A DNA stretch of 64,000 nucleotides. Origin: Gemmatimonadales bacterium (GTDB lineage Bacteria; Gemmatimonadota; Gemmatimonadetes; Gemmatimonadales; GWC2-71-9). The number at the start of each line of letters is the position of its first letter. The stretch's first letter is position 1. Of this stretch, positions 53,978 through 64,000 are shown in pieces. The stretch is taken from contig DASWII010000009.1 of the NCBI GenBank assembly GCA_036397755.1, forward strand, positions 22,233 to 86,232. The letters are read 5' to 3'. The notes below the pieces were generated by a model that did not search any database, was not told the origin of the DNA, and saw only the letters and a list, made by a program, of their open reading frames with translations. Position numbers and translations under genes: made by a program.

Positions 53978-55233
53978 AACGGGTTTTCATCCACACGTTC
54001 GGTTGTAAGGCTAACCAGTACGACAGCGAGGTCGTCCGTCAGGCCCTCGAGGGCGCGGGTGTGATGGTCACCGACGATCCCGCCGTTGCGGATGGCGCCG
54101 TAATCAATACCTGCACGGTGACCCACGTGAGTGAGACGAAGTTGCGCAGCTTCGTCCGCCGCGTTGCGCGCCGCGGGCCGCGGATCAAGACCGTGTTGAT
54201 GGGTTGCGCGGCCGCGGTCGACCGCGGCGCCCTGCGCGCCCTGCCCGGGGTCGTCGATGTCGTGCCCGGTGCCGACCCTCGACCGGTACTCGCGGCGTTG
54301 GGCATTGGGGACGCGGCCGTCGATCCGATCCTGCGCGCCTGCACGTTCGGTACGCGGGCGTGGTTGAAGATCCAGGATGGCTGCGACGAACACTGCACGT
54401 TCTGTGCGACGCGGGTCGCCCGGGGTGGGAATCGATCCCGCCCGGTCGAGGAGATCGTCGAGGAAGCGCGCGCGCTGGCGGAGCGGCATGCGGAGATCGT
54501 GTTGACCGGCGTGCATATCGGGTCCTACGGGATAGACCGGCCTCCTTGGTCGTTGGGGCGGCTGGTGGAAATGCTGGTTGGGCGGGTGGAGACCGTGCGG
54601 TTCCGTCTGTCGTCGGTCGAGGCCACCGAGGTGTGCGAGCGGCTTGCCACCCTCATGCGTGACGCGCCGCGCCGGCTCGCTCCGCATGTGCACGCGCCGC
54701 TGCAGTCGGGGTCGGATCGGGTATTGCGTCGGATGGGCCGGCACTGGTACGACGCGGGGACCTACCGCAGGCGCGTCGAGCAGCTCGCGGCCGGTCTCCC
54801 GGTGATGGGGCTCGGCGCGGACGTGATTGTCGGGTTTCCGGACGAGCGCGCGGAAGACCATGAGGCGACTGTCGCGCTCCTCCGAGCGCTGCCGTTCACC
54901 TACCTCCATGTGTTCCCGTATTCTCCGCGTCCCGATGCGCCGGCGCGCAGGCTCGGCGCCGTGGTATCGCCGGAAACGGTCGCCGATCGGTCGCGGCAAC
55001 TGCGGACCATCGCGGCCACGCTCGAGGTGGAGCGCCGACGCGCCCGTGCGGGGGAGACGGCGGACGTGGTCGTGCTCACCCAGCGTGGGGGGTACGTCGA
55101 GGGCCTGACGGAGGACTATCTCACCGTCTATCTCCCCCCGGCGACCGACCTCCCAAAGCGGGCCCAGGCGGTACTCGCCGTCGACGAGTTGGGTCGGCTC
55201 CGCGCGACGATCCCCGGTGGAGCCGCCGCATGA
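53974..55233 (+). CDS. mtaB: radical-SAM methylthiotransferase, MtaB-like
   Basis: 'VFIHTFGCKANQYDSE' and the 'GCDEHCTFCATRVARG' (CxxxCxxC) motif. GTGA overlap with the upstream gene. Confidence 0.82.
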   Translation: MKRVFIHTFGCKANQYDSEVVRQALEGAGVMVTDDPAVADGAVINTCTVTHVSETKLRSFVRRVARRGPRIKTVLMGCAAAVDRGALRALPGVVDVVPGADPRPVLAALGIGDAAVDPILRACTFGTRAWLKIQDGCDEHCTFCATRVARGGNRSRPVEEIVEEARALAERHAEIVLTGVHIGSYGIDRPPWSLGRLVEMLVGRVETVRFRLSSVEATEVCERLATLMRDAPRRLAPHVHAPLQSGSDRVLRRMGRHWYDAGTYRRRVEQLAAGLPVMGLGADVIVGFPDERAEDHEATVALLRALPFTYLHVFPYSPRPDAPARRLGAVVSPETVADRSRQLRTIAATLEVERRRARAGETADVVVLTQRGGYVEGLTEDYLTVYLPPATDLPKRAQAVLAVDELGRLRATIPGGAAA

Positions 55234-56552
55234 AACGCGTCTATCTGGAGACGTACGGGTGCCAGATGAACGTGGCGGATTCGGAAACCGTCCTGGGCGT
55301 GCTCCGGACTGAGGGGTACGAGCGCGCCGACCTGCCCGAGCACGCGGACGTCCTGCTCGTGAACACGTGTGCTGTGCGGGAGAATGCGGAGCAACGCGTG
55401 ATCGGGCGGATGGGTGAACTCAAACGTCACAAGCGCCCGGGCGTGGTGCTGGGTGTCCTTGGGTGTATGGCCCAGCGCCTGGGCGCGCGTTTGCTGTCGC
55501 AAGTCCCCCAGGTCGATCTGGTGGTGGGGCCCGATGGGTATCGGGGTCTGCCCGACCTGATCGACCGGGCGACCCAGGGTGTGCGCGCCGCCGCAGTGGA
55601 CTTCAAGAGTTGGGAGCACTACGAGGACATCCCAGCCGAGCGTACGGGGGGAGGTGCGAGCGCCTTCGTGACGGTGCAACGCGGCTGCGATTATCGGTGC
55701 ACCTTCTGCGTTGTTCCGATGACACGCGGGCGCGAGCGGAGTCGCAGTTTGGACGACGTCGTCCGAGAGGTGCGGGCACTCGCCGGGAAGGGCGTTACCG
55801 AAGTGACGTTGCTCGGGCAGACGGTGAACAGCTACCGCGAAGGTGAGCACGATTTCGGTGATCTACTCCGCGCCGTCGGGGCCGTCGACGGCATCCGCCG
55901 CGTGCGCTTCACGAGCCCATATCCCACCGACTTCTCGGACGGGGTCATCGCGGCGATGGCGGAGGTCCCCGCCGTGTGCGAGCACGTGCACCTGCCGGTC
56001 CAAAGCGGCTCCACGGGCTTGCTCAGGCGCATGGGCCGCCGCTACACCAGAGAGGAATACCTCGGCTGCGTCGATCGTTTGCGCGCGGCCGTGCCGGACC
56101 TCGCGATCACGACCGACATCATTGTCGGGTTTCCGGGCGAGACCGATCAAGACTTCGAAGACACGATCGCGCTGGTCCGCGCCGTGGCGTACGACGACGC
56201 CTATACGTTCCGGTTCTCGCCTCGCGAAGGCACCGGAGCGCTGCGGCTCCCGGACCCCGTCCCCGACGACGTGGCGGCGGAACGGCTCGATCGGCTCATC
56301 GAGGTGGTGCGGGACGGCGCCCGGCGGCGCAATGTGGGGCTGGTGGGACAGCAGTGTGAAGTGCTGGTGGAAAAGGTCGCGCGGCGGGGCGGGCTGTTGC
56401 AGACCCGTACGCGCACGAACAAGATCGTCCTGGTGGATGGACCGCGCGTGTGGATCGGCACCTACCTCACCGTGCGTCTCACGGGAACCACGGGGGCCAC
56501 GTTCACCGGAGTTCCCGATCGGCCGGTCCGCACCTTGGCTGTGGTGTTGTAA
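55230..56552 (+). CDS. miaB: tRNA-2-methylthio-N6-dimethylallyladenosine synthase
   Basis: 'VYLETYGCQMNVADSE', 'GCDYRCTFCVVPMTRG', and a C-terminal TRAM-like 'GTYLTVRLTG'. ATGA overlap with mtaB. Confidence 0.92.
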   Translation: MKRVYLETYGCQMNVADSETVLGVLRTEGYERADLPEHADVLLVNTCAVRENAEQRVIGRMGELKRHKRPGVVLGVLGCMAQRLGARLLSQVPQVDLVVGPDGYRGLPDLIDRATQGVRAAAVDFKSWEHYEDIPAERTGGGASAFVTVQRGCDYRCTFCVVPMTRGRERSRSLDDVVREVRALAGKGVTEVTLLGQTVNSYREGEHDFGDLLRAVGAVDGIRRVRFTSPYPTDFSDGVIAAMAEVPAVCEHVHLPVQSGSTGLLRRMGRRYTREEYLGCVDRLRAAVPDLAITTDIIVGFPGETDQDFEDTIALVRAVAYDDAYTFRFSPREGTGALRLPDPVPDDVAAERLDRLIEVVRDGARRRNVGLVGQQCEVLVEKVARRGGLLQTRTRTNKIVLVDGPRVWIGTYLTVRLTGTTGATFTGVPDRPVRTLAVVL

Positions 56553-56576
56553 CAGGCGCGATCGCCGGCGGGACGG

Positions 56577-58895
56577 GTGAGCCGCGTGCGCACCGTCCCG
56601 CGCTTTCCCCTTCTGGTTCTTGGATATGTCGGCGGGCTGGTGGCGGGTCAGTCGCTCGACTCCGCGTCGTTGATGTTGCTGGCCGCTGCCTGCGGGTGCG
56701 CCGCACTCGCCTGGCACCGAACTTCGCTGATCCTCCCGGCGGCCGTCCTGGTGGGTGTGGTCGGGGGATCCGTCAGCGGGACCGCGCGGGCGCGGTCGTG
56801 CGCGATACGGTGGCCGGAGGGTGCGCGGGTGAGTTTCATCGCCGACGTGCACGACGCGCCCGCGCTCCGGCCGACCACGACCGCCTCCGTGTGGCATGCG
56901 CGCGAGGGCTGCGACGGGCAGATCCGCCTGCGGCTGGTGGACTCGATCCCGGCCGGGGCGCGCGCCATTGTGGTGGGAGACCACCAGGCAAACGGGGTCG
57001 TGCGCGTCCTCCGGGTGCGGGTACTCGGTGCGCCGCGCCATTGGCGGTTCCGCGTGCGCGAGGGCGTGGCGCGCCGGATTCGACACTTGTATGGGGCGCG
57101 GGCGCCGCTCATCGAGGCCATGGTCATCGGCAGGCGTGACGATCTCGCCAGCGAGTCGCGGCAGGCATTCGCCGCCGCCGGCCTCGCCCACCTCCTCGCG
57201 ATCTCCGGGCTCCATGTTGGGATCTTCGCCGTTTGGGTCACCCTGGCGGGGCGAACGTTGGGGTTGGGCACGGCCGCCCCCATCGTCGGGATCCCGGTCG
57301 TGTGGGGCTACGTGGTGCTGCTGGGGTTTCCGGCGCCCGCTACCCGCGCGGCTGCATTCGTCACGGCGCTAGCGCTCGCAAGGCGCCTGCAGCGCCACCC
57401 GCCTCCCTCGGCGATCCTGGCGCTCGGCGTCGCCGCGGTCGCCACGATCGACCCCGACGCGGTGCGGTCGGTGGGCGCGTGGCTGTCCGTGTCGGCGGTC
57501 TGGGGTGTGGCGGCGGCCGCCCGCACCTGCCGTGGCTATCGGGGCCGCGCGCAGGACCTCGTGCGCTTGTTCGCGGCGTCGGTGGGCGCCACGCTCGCGA
57601 CGGCGCCGGTCTCCGCGCTCGTGTTCGGCCAAGTCGCGCCCGTGGGAATCCTGGCCAACATCGTGGGCGTCCCGCTTGCCGCCATGGCGGTTCCCGGGGT
57701 GCTCGTGAGTCTGGTAGTCGGCAGGACGTTCGCGGCCGGCGTGGCCGTGCTGCTCACTGGGCTCGAACGATGGGTCGAGCTGATGGCGCGTGTGCCGGGG
57801 GGAGCGGTGACGGGTGTGGCCGGCGTGTCGTTCGCGCTTCCGTGGGCGGCGCTTCTTGTCGGCGCGGTGTGGATGGTGCGCGAGCGCGTCGTGCGGATCG
57901 CTCGACTCATTCTGGGGTTGGGTGCGCTGGCTGCCTGGGTGCCGGTCGGATTGGTGCTGGCGCGGCGGGACGTGGAATCTGCGCCGCTCGCCATCCACCT
58001 GCTGGATGTGGGTCAGGGTGACGCGATCGCACTGCGCACACCGGCGGGGAAGTGGGTGCTCGTGGATGCGGGACCACGCATCGGGGCGGCGGACGCTGGC
58101 CGGCGCGTCGTCGTGCCGTTCTTCAGGCGGCGCGGTGTGACACGCCTCGCGGCGATGTTCGTCTCGCACGGCGACGCGGACCACGTGGGTGGCGCACCGG
58201 CGGTGTTGCGCGAAATCCCGGCGGACCTGGTGGTCGAACCCGGCGTGCCGCTGCCGAGCCCGATCTACCGGGAGTTCCTTGCCGCGGTCGATGCCGGCGG
58301 TATGCGGTGGCAGCCCGGCCGGCGGGGCGACTCCCTGATGATCGACGGCGTGGCGATGACATTGTTGCATCCAACGGAGGCCTGGCTGCGGCGGGAGGCC
58401 CGTCCCAACGAGGGGTCGCTGGTGATGCACGTGCGCTTCGGGTGCTTCGACGCCCTGTTGACCGGTGACGCCGGGCTCCCCGTGGAGGACGCCGTCGGCG
58501 ACGGCTGGGAAGTCGTCGAGGTGTTGAAGGTCGGGCATCACGGCTCCCGGACCGCGACGGGGAAAGCCTTCCTCCGGCGCGTGCGTCCGCAGGTCGCGCT
58601 CATCAGCGTCGGGACCAACCGCTATGGCCACCCGTCGGCTCCCGTCGTGGCGCGCCTGGAGGCAAGCGGCGCGCACGTGCTCCGCACCGACCGGGACGGC
58701 GCGGTGACGATCCGCACGGACGGTCGCTATCTTGAGGTCGATGCGAGCCAGCGGCTTACAACGGGGGGGTGGCTGACGTGTCTCCAACACTGGTTACGAT
58801 CGAGCGATTCATCCTCGAGCAGGAGCGGATGCACGAGGAGGCCACGGGTGAACTTACCAATCTGCTCTACGACATCGCCCTCGCGTCCAAGGTGA
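56577..58895 (+). CDS. comEC: DNA internalization-related competence protein ComEC/Rec2
   Basis: Polytopic competence domain plus a metallo-beta-lactamase module: '[12 protein letters not shown]', '[10 protein letters not shown]' and 'KVGHHGS'. Confidence 0.9.
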   Translation: MSRVRTVPRFPLLVLGYVGGLVAGQSLDSASLMLLAAACGCAALAWHRTSLILPAAVLVGVVGGSVSGTARARSCAIRWPEGARVSFIADVHDAPALRPTTTASVWHAREGCDGQIRLRLVDSIPAGARAIVVGDHQANGVVRVLRVRVLGAPRHWRFRVREGVARRIRHLYGARAPLIEAMVIGRRDDLASESRQAFAAAGLAHLLAISGLHVGIFAVWVTLAGRTLGLGTAAPIVGIPVVWGYVVLLGFPAPATRAAAFVTALALARRLQRHPPPSAILALGVAAVATIDPDAVRSVGAWLSVSAVWGVAAAARTCRGYRGRAQDLVRLFAASVGATLATAPVSALVFGQVAPVGILANIVGVPLAAMAVPGVLVSLVVGRTFAAGVAVLLTGLERWVELMARVPGGAVTGVAGVSFALPWAALLVGAVWMVRERVVRIARLILGLGALAAWVPVGLVLARRDVESAPLAIHLLDVGQGDAIALRTPAGKWVLVDAGPRIGAADAGRRVVVPFFRRRGVTRLAAMFVSHGDADHVGGAPAVLREIPADLVVEPGVPLPSPIYREFLAAVDAGGMRWQPGRRGDSLMIDGVAMTLLHPTEAWLRREARPNEGSLVMHVRFGCFDALLTGDAGLPVEDAVGDGWEVVEVLKVGHHGSRTATGKAFLRRVRPQVALISVGTNRYGHPSAPVVARLEASGAHVLRTDRDGAVTIRTDGRYLEVDASQRLTTGGWLTCLQHWLRSSDSSSSRSGCTRRPRVNLPICSTTSPSRPR

Positions 58896-59793
58896 TATCC
58901 GGCAACGTGCGGCGCGCCGGCCTGGTCGATGTCCTGGGCTCGGCCGGCAGAACCAACGTGCAGGGGGAGCTGCAGCAAAAGCTGGACGTGCTGGCCAATG
59001 AGACGATGAGGCAGGCCATCGCGCACACGGGTCGCGTCTGCGTGATGGCGTCCGAGGAGGAAGACGACCCGGTTCCCGTCGATGGGTCGTTCGGACACGG
59101 GAAGTACGTGCTGCTTTACGATCCGTTGGATGGGTCGTCCAACATCGACGTCAACGTGTCGATCGGGACGATCTTTTCCGTCCATCGCCGCCTGACCGCC
59201 GATGGGCCCGGAACGCTCCAGGACCTCCTGCAGCCGGGTTTGCGGCAGGTGGCCGCCGGCTACATCATCTACGGGTCGAGTACGGTGCTGGTGTATTGCG
59301 CGGGCCATGGCGTGCACTTGTTCACGCTCGACCCGACGATCGGGGAGTATCGGCTGCATCAGACCAACATCTGCACGCCGGAGATCGGGAGGTTCTACTC
59401 GATCAACGAGAGCTATTACAGCAGGTGGTCGAACGGATACCGCGCGGTCGTGCGTGCCTTCAAGGGTGACGGTGATGACGGCTCACACCGGAAGAACGCG
59501 CGGTACATCGGGTCGCTGGTCGCGGATTTTCACCGCAATCTGCTCGCGGGCGGCGTGTTCATGTATCCGGCGGACACGAAGTCGCCCCAAGGGAAGCTGC
59601 GTCTGCTGTACGAAGCGGCGCCGCTCGCGTTCATCGCCGAACATGCGGGGGGGACCGCGAGCGATGGCTACCGGCGCATTCTCGCTATCGAGCCCACCGA
59701 ACTCCACCAACGCACGCCGCTGTTGATCGGGAGCCGCGACGACGTCGCGTTCGTCCAGGATACGATCCAGAGAATCGACGGGGCTGCGCCTGC

Positions 59794-59797
<4 letters not shown>
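58769..59797 (+). CDS. fbp: class 1 fructose-1,6-bisphosphatase
   Basis: '[19 protein letters not shown]', '[10 protein letters not shown]' and '[22 protein letters not shown]'. The conserved N-terminus requires the start at 58769, giving a 127-nt overlap with comEC. Confidence 0.92.
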
Positions 59798-61337
<1,540 letters not shown>

Positions 61338-61341
<4 letters not shown>

Positions 61342-61366
61342 CCCGCCTCCGGGGCGATCCTAGCTT
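61338..61366 (+). promoter_or_regulatory. possible promoter of the FmdB-argS unit (TTGACC-17-TAGCTT)
   Basis: The -35 overlaps the mutase stop codon. An AT-rich leader (TTCTGTTGTAAATAAGGAA) with a clear SD follows. Confidence 0.3.
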
Positions 61367-61398
61367 ACCTATTCTGTTGTAAATAAGGAACTTACGAG

Positions 61399-61734
61399 AT
61401 GCCGACGTACGCCTACGTGTGCCCGAAGTGCAAGCACGAGTACGACAGGTTGCAGAAGATGAGTGACCGGACCCGCGCGAAATGTCCGCAGTGCGGAACG
61501 CGCGGGGAGCGCCTGATCAGCGGTGGCGCGGGGCTCGTCTTCAAGGGCTCCGGGTTCTATATCACCGACTACAAGAATGCAGGCAAGAAGGTGGATTCCG
61601 AGGGAGGTGGCACCACGAGCGAGTCGGGCAAGAGCGAGTCAGGCAAGAGCGAGTCGGGCAAGAGCGAGTCGGGCGACAGCCGGAGCGACGGATCCAAAAA
61701 GACGCCCACGAGCACGAAGGGAGACGCGTCCTGA
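61399..61734 (+). CDS. FmdB-family zinc-ribbon protein with a C-terminal ESGKS repeat tail
   Basis: 'MPTYAYVCPKCKHEYD....KCPQCG' has two CxxC pairs. AAGGAA lies 8 nt upstream of the ATG. The tail is low-complexity 'SESGKSESGKSESGKSESG'. Confidence 0.85.
   Translation: MPTYAYVCPKCKHEYDRLQKMSDRTRAKCPQCGTRGERLISGGAGLVFKGSGFYITDYKNAGKKVDSEGGGTTSESGKSESGKSESGKSESGDSRSDGSKKTPTSTKGDAS
61621..61680 (+). repeat. 4 x 15-bp in-frame tandem repeat (GAGTCGGGCAAGAGC), encoding ESGKS units
   Basis: Units at 61621-35, 61636-50 (one G>A change), 61651-65 (identical to unit 1), and 61666-80 (degenerate: GAGTCGGGCGACAGC). Confidence 0.9.
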
Positions 61735-61751
61735 CTGACGGTACCACGCTG

Positions 61752-63380
61752 TTGAAGGCGGCACTCAGTCGGGCGGTCGCCACCCTCGGCGTCGCGGACG
61801 CCGACGTGCAGCTCGAGCGGCCTCGCGATCCCTCCCACGGGGACCTCGCGACGAACATTGCCATGACGCTCGCCAAGCCGTTACGGCGGCCGCCGCGGGC
61901 CATTGCGGAAGCAATCGTCGAAGCGCTGGATCCGCTGCAGAGCGTCGTCACAGCCGTCGAGATCGCCGGTCCAGGGTTCATCAACTTCCGCCTCGCGACG
62001 GAGGCCCTGACCACCGTGCTTCACCGCATCCTCGACGATCCGGATGGATACGGACGATCGGTGGTGGGGGCAGGACGGCGCGTGAACGTCGAATTCGTCT
62101 CGGCCAACCCGACGGGTCCGCTGCACGTTGGCCATGGTCGTGGGGCGGCGCTCGGGGACGCCATCGCATCGCTGCTGGCGGCGACGGGCTATACAGTGTC
62201 GCGCGAGTTTTACGTCAACGACGCCGGGGTGCAGATCGAGAAGTTGGCGTGCTCGCTCTGGGCACGCGTGCAGGAAGCCGCGGGCCGGGCGGCGGAGGTT
62301 CCGGAGGGTGGGTATCACGGGGCCTATCTCGTTGAGCTCGCGGAGCGCGTGGTCGCGGATGAAGGTCGTGCGTTTGCCGACCTCGACCACGCGGAGGGGA
62401 TCGCGCGGTGCCGGGAGATCGCGGTCCGTACGCAACGTGAGGAACAGGAGCGCGACCTCCGTGACTTTGGCGTGGCGATGGACGAGTATTTCCTCGAGTC
62501 CAAGCTCTATGATGGGGGACATCTGGTCGCCACCATCGAGGCGCTCGCGTCGGCGGGGCTGACGTACGAACGTGACGGCGCGTTGTGGTTGGCCACGACC
62601 CAGTTTGGCGACGCCAAGGACCGCGTGCTGCGGAAAGGGGACGGAACTTACACGTACTTCCTCCCCGACATCGCGTACCATCGCAGCAAGGCGGAGCGCG
62701 GGTTCGATTGGGCGATCGATGTGTGGGGCGCGGACCACCACGGGTACGTGCCCCGCATGCGGGCCGCGATGCAGGCGCTGGGGCGCCCCGAGTCGTTTTT
62801 CACGGCGGTGGTCGTGCAGCTCGTGCGCCTCGTGCGTGGAGCAACGGAGGTGCGCTTCTCAAAGCGCAGCGGGGAATTCGTCGCGCTGCGGGATCTGTTC
62901 GAGGAGACGGGTGCGGACGCCGCCCGTTACTTCTTCCTGATGCGCCGCGGTGATGCCCAGTTCACGTTCGACATCGAACTGGCGACCCGGCAGACCGACG
63001 AGAATCCGGTGTACTACGTGCAGTACGCCCACACGCGCATGGCCGGGATCTCCCGCAACGCGGCGGTCGATCCCGCCACCGTGACGGGTGCCTTCGGCAA
63101 TCTCGAGCTGCTCCGGGAGCCGGCCGAGCAGGAGCTGATCAAGCAGCTCGGCGATTATCCCATGGTGGTGGCGCGGGCGGCGGAGGCGCTGGAACCACAT
63201 CGGGTGACGGCCTATGCCGAGGAGGTTGCCCGTCTGGTGAATCAGTGGTACCACCACCACCGCGTGCTGGGGGTGCCCGACGACGTGAGCCGGGCACGGC
63301 TCGTTCTGGCACGCGGGGCGCAGATCGTGCTCCGCAATGCGCTCACGTTGCTTGGGGTCTCAGCCCCGGAACGGATGTGA
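61752..63380 (+). CDS. argS: arginine--tRNA ligase
   Basis: 'ERPRDPSHGDLATNIAM', 'SANPTGPLHVGHGRGAALGD' (HIGH) and 'YYVQYAHTR'. The start is uncertain: no ATG or GTG lies between the FmdB stop and the conserved N-terminus. Candidates are TTG 61752 and CTG 61731/61749. Confidence 0.88.
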   Translation: MKAALSRAVATLGVADADVQLERPRDPSHGDLATNIAMTLAKPLRRPPRAIAEAIVEALDPLQSVVTAVEIAGPGFINFRLATEALTTVLHRILDDPDGYGRSVVGAGRRVNVEFVSANPTGPLHVGHGRGAALGDAIASLLAATGYTVSREFYVNDAGVQIEKLACSLWARVQEAAGRAAEVPEGGYHGAYLVELAERVVADEGRAFADLDHAEGIARCREIAVRTQREEQERDLRDFGVAMDEYFLESKLYDGGHLVATIEALASAGLTYERDGALWLATTQFGDAKDRVLRKGDGTYTYFLPDIAYHRSKAERGFDWAIDVWGADHHGYVPRMRAAMQALGRPESFFTAVVVQLVRLVRGATEVRFSKRSGEFVALRDLFEETGADAARYFFLMRRGDAQFTFDIELATRQTDENPVYYVQYAHTRMAGISRNAAVDPATVTGAFGNLELLREPAEQELIKQLGDYPMVVARAAEALEPHRVTAYAEEVARLVNQWYHHHRVLGVPDDVSRARLVLARGAQIVLRNALTLLGVSAPERM

Positions 63381-63382
63381 CG

Positions 63383-64000
63383 ATGTCGCTCCTGGTGGTC
63401 GGCAGCATCGCATTGGACTCGGTTGAAACGCCCTTTGGAAGCACGGCTGATGCGCTCGGAGGCTCAGCGGTGTTCTTCAGCTATGCCGCCGCGTTGCTGC
63501 ATCCGGTCGAGGTGGTGGGGGTCGTCGGGAGTGACTACCCGATGGACGCTCTGCGACGGTTGGCGCGGCGCGGAGTGGACATCAGCGGGGTGGAGCAGGC
63601 GGAGGGGGAAAGTTTCCGGTGGCGGGGCAAGTACTCCTACGATCTACAGAGCCGAGAGACGCTCGAGACACGGCTCGGCGTGTTCGCGCAGTTCCAACCG
63701 CGCCTGCCGGCGGGGTACGGCGACGCACGGTACGTGTTTTTGGGCAACATCGATCCGGAACTGCAGTTGGGCGTTCTGGATCAGGTGGAGGCGCCGCGGC
63801 TCGTGGCCTGCGACACCATGAACTACTGGATCCACGGCAAGCGAGACGTGCTCCTGGAGCTCCTCGGGCGGATCGACGTGCTCATGGTCAACGACAGTGA
63901 GGCGCGTGAACTGTCGGGCGACTGGAATGTGTACCGCGCGGCGCGGTGGATCCTCGAGCGAGGGCCGTCCTCGGTCGTGATCAAGCAGGGGGTGTACGGC
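63383..64000 (+). CDS. PfkB-family sugar/nucleoside kinase, N-terminal fragment (runs off the window)
   Basis: Not in the ORF track because no stop is reached. My translation from ATG 63383 is 'MSLLVVGSIALDSVETPFG...GGSAVFFS...VFLGNIDPELQ...DVLMVNDSEAREL', a PfkB pattern. Confidence 0.75.
   Translation, partial: MSLLVVGSIALDSVETPFGSTADALGGSAVFFSYAAALLHPVEVVGVVGSDYPMDALRRLARRGVDISGVEQAEGESFRWRGKYSYDLQSRETLETRLGVFAQFQPRLPAGYGDARYVFLGNIDPELQLGVLDQVEAPRLVACDTMNYWIHGKRDVLLELLGRIDVLMVNDSEARELSGDWNVYRAARWILERGPSSVVIKQGVYG

Noticed and set aside
61342-61360. Short GC hairpin (CGCC-TCCGG-GGCG) after the mutase gene as an intrinsic terminator
   Set aside because: The stem is only 4 bp and no T-tract follows. 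The same bases overlap the putative -35 and spacer of the FmdB promoter.
61621-61680. Tandem 15-bp repeats as a possible CRISPR or regulatory array
   Set aside because: The units are contiguous with no spacers, in-frame within a CDS, and encode a peptide repeat. No cas genes are present.

Overview
This is a GC-rich bacterial chromosomal segment (about two-thirds G+C by eye, not computed). It is very gene-dense: I support 56 protein genes (54 on +, 2 on -) and 2 tRNAs. I found no rRNA, CRISPR array, transposase, integrase or phage genes. Many neighbouring genes overlap by 1 or 4 nt (ATGA/GTGA/TAATG), so most of the window reads as a few very long co-oriented operons.

Content in order:
1. folP (3' fragment), cdaA, and a large DUF2723 membrane glycosyltransferase-like gene.
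2. yggS-divIVA-punA-ileS-dksA/ylyA-like-lspA-rluD, which has the same order as the Bacillus ylmE...divIVA-ileS-ylyA-lspA-ylyB block.
3. About 11.3 kb (10921-22239): a tightly coupled locus built around canonical mglB-mglA. It also holds two extra Roadblock/LC7 genes (one fused to TPRs), two paralogous DUF4388/PATAN-TPR genes, two large TPR genes, a 655-aa protein made of two tandem DnaA-type AAA+ modules with no DNA-binding domain, and a terminal HEXXH membrane protein. This is my best candidate for an undescribed system.
4. tRNA-Val, an orphan secreted TPR-like gene, then tRNA-Asp.
5. A complete dcw cluster (rsmH-ftsL-ftsI-murE-murF-mraY-murD-ftsW-murG-murC-ftsQ-ftsA-ftsZ) with no mraZ, murB or ddl, followed by an M23 peptidase.
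6. hisA-like, a vWA-like membrane protein, ftsY, recG, PCD (-), asnS, mazG (-), alr-deoB-cdd, a lipoprotein plus FadL/PorV-like barrel, mtaB, miaB, comEC, fbp, an acyl-CoA mutase catalytic subunit, an FmdB zinc-ribbon gene with a 15-bp tandem repeat, argS, and a pfkB kinase (5' fragment).

The gene content (MglA, DUF4388, DivIVA in an apparently diderm background) suggests Gemmatimonadota or a neighbouring phylum. That is a low-confidence inference. All domain calls come from motif recognition by eye; no searches were run.
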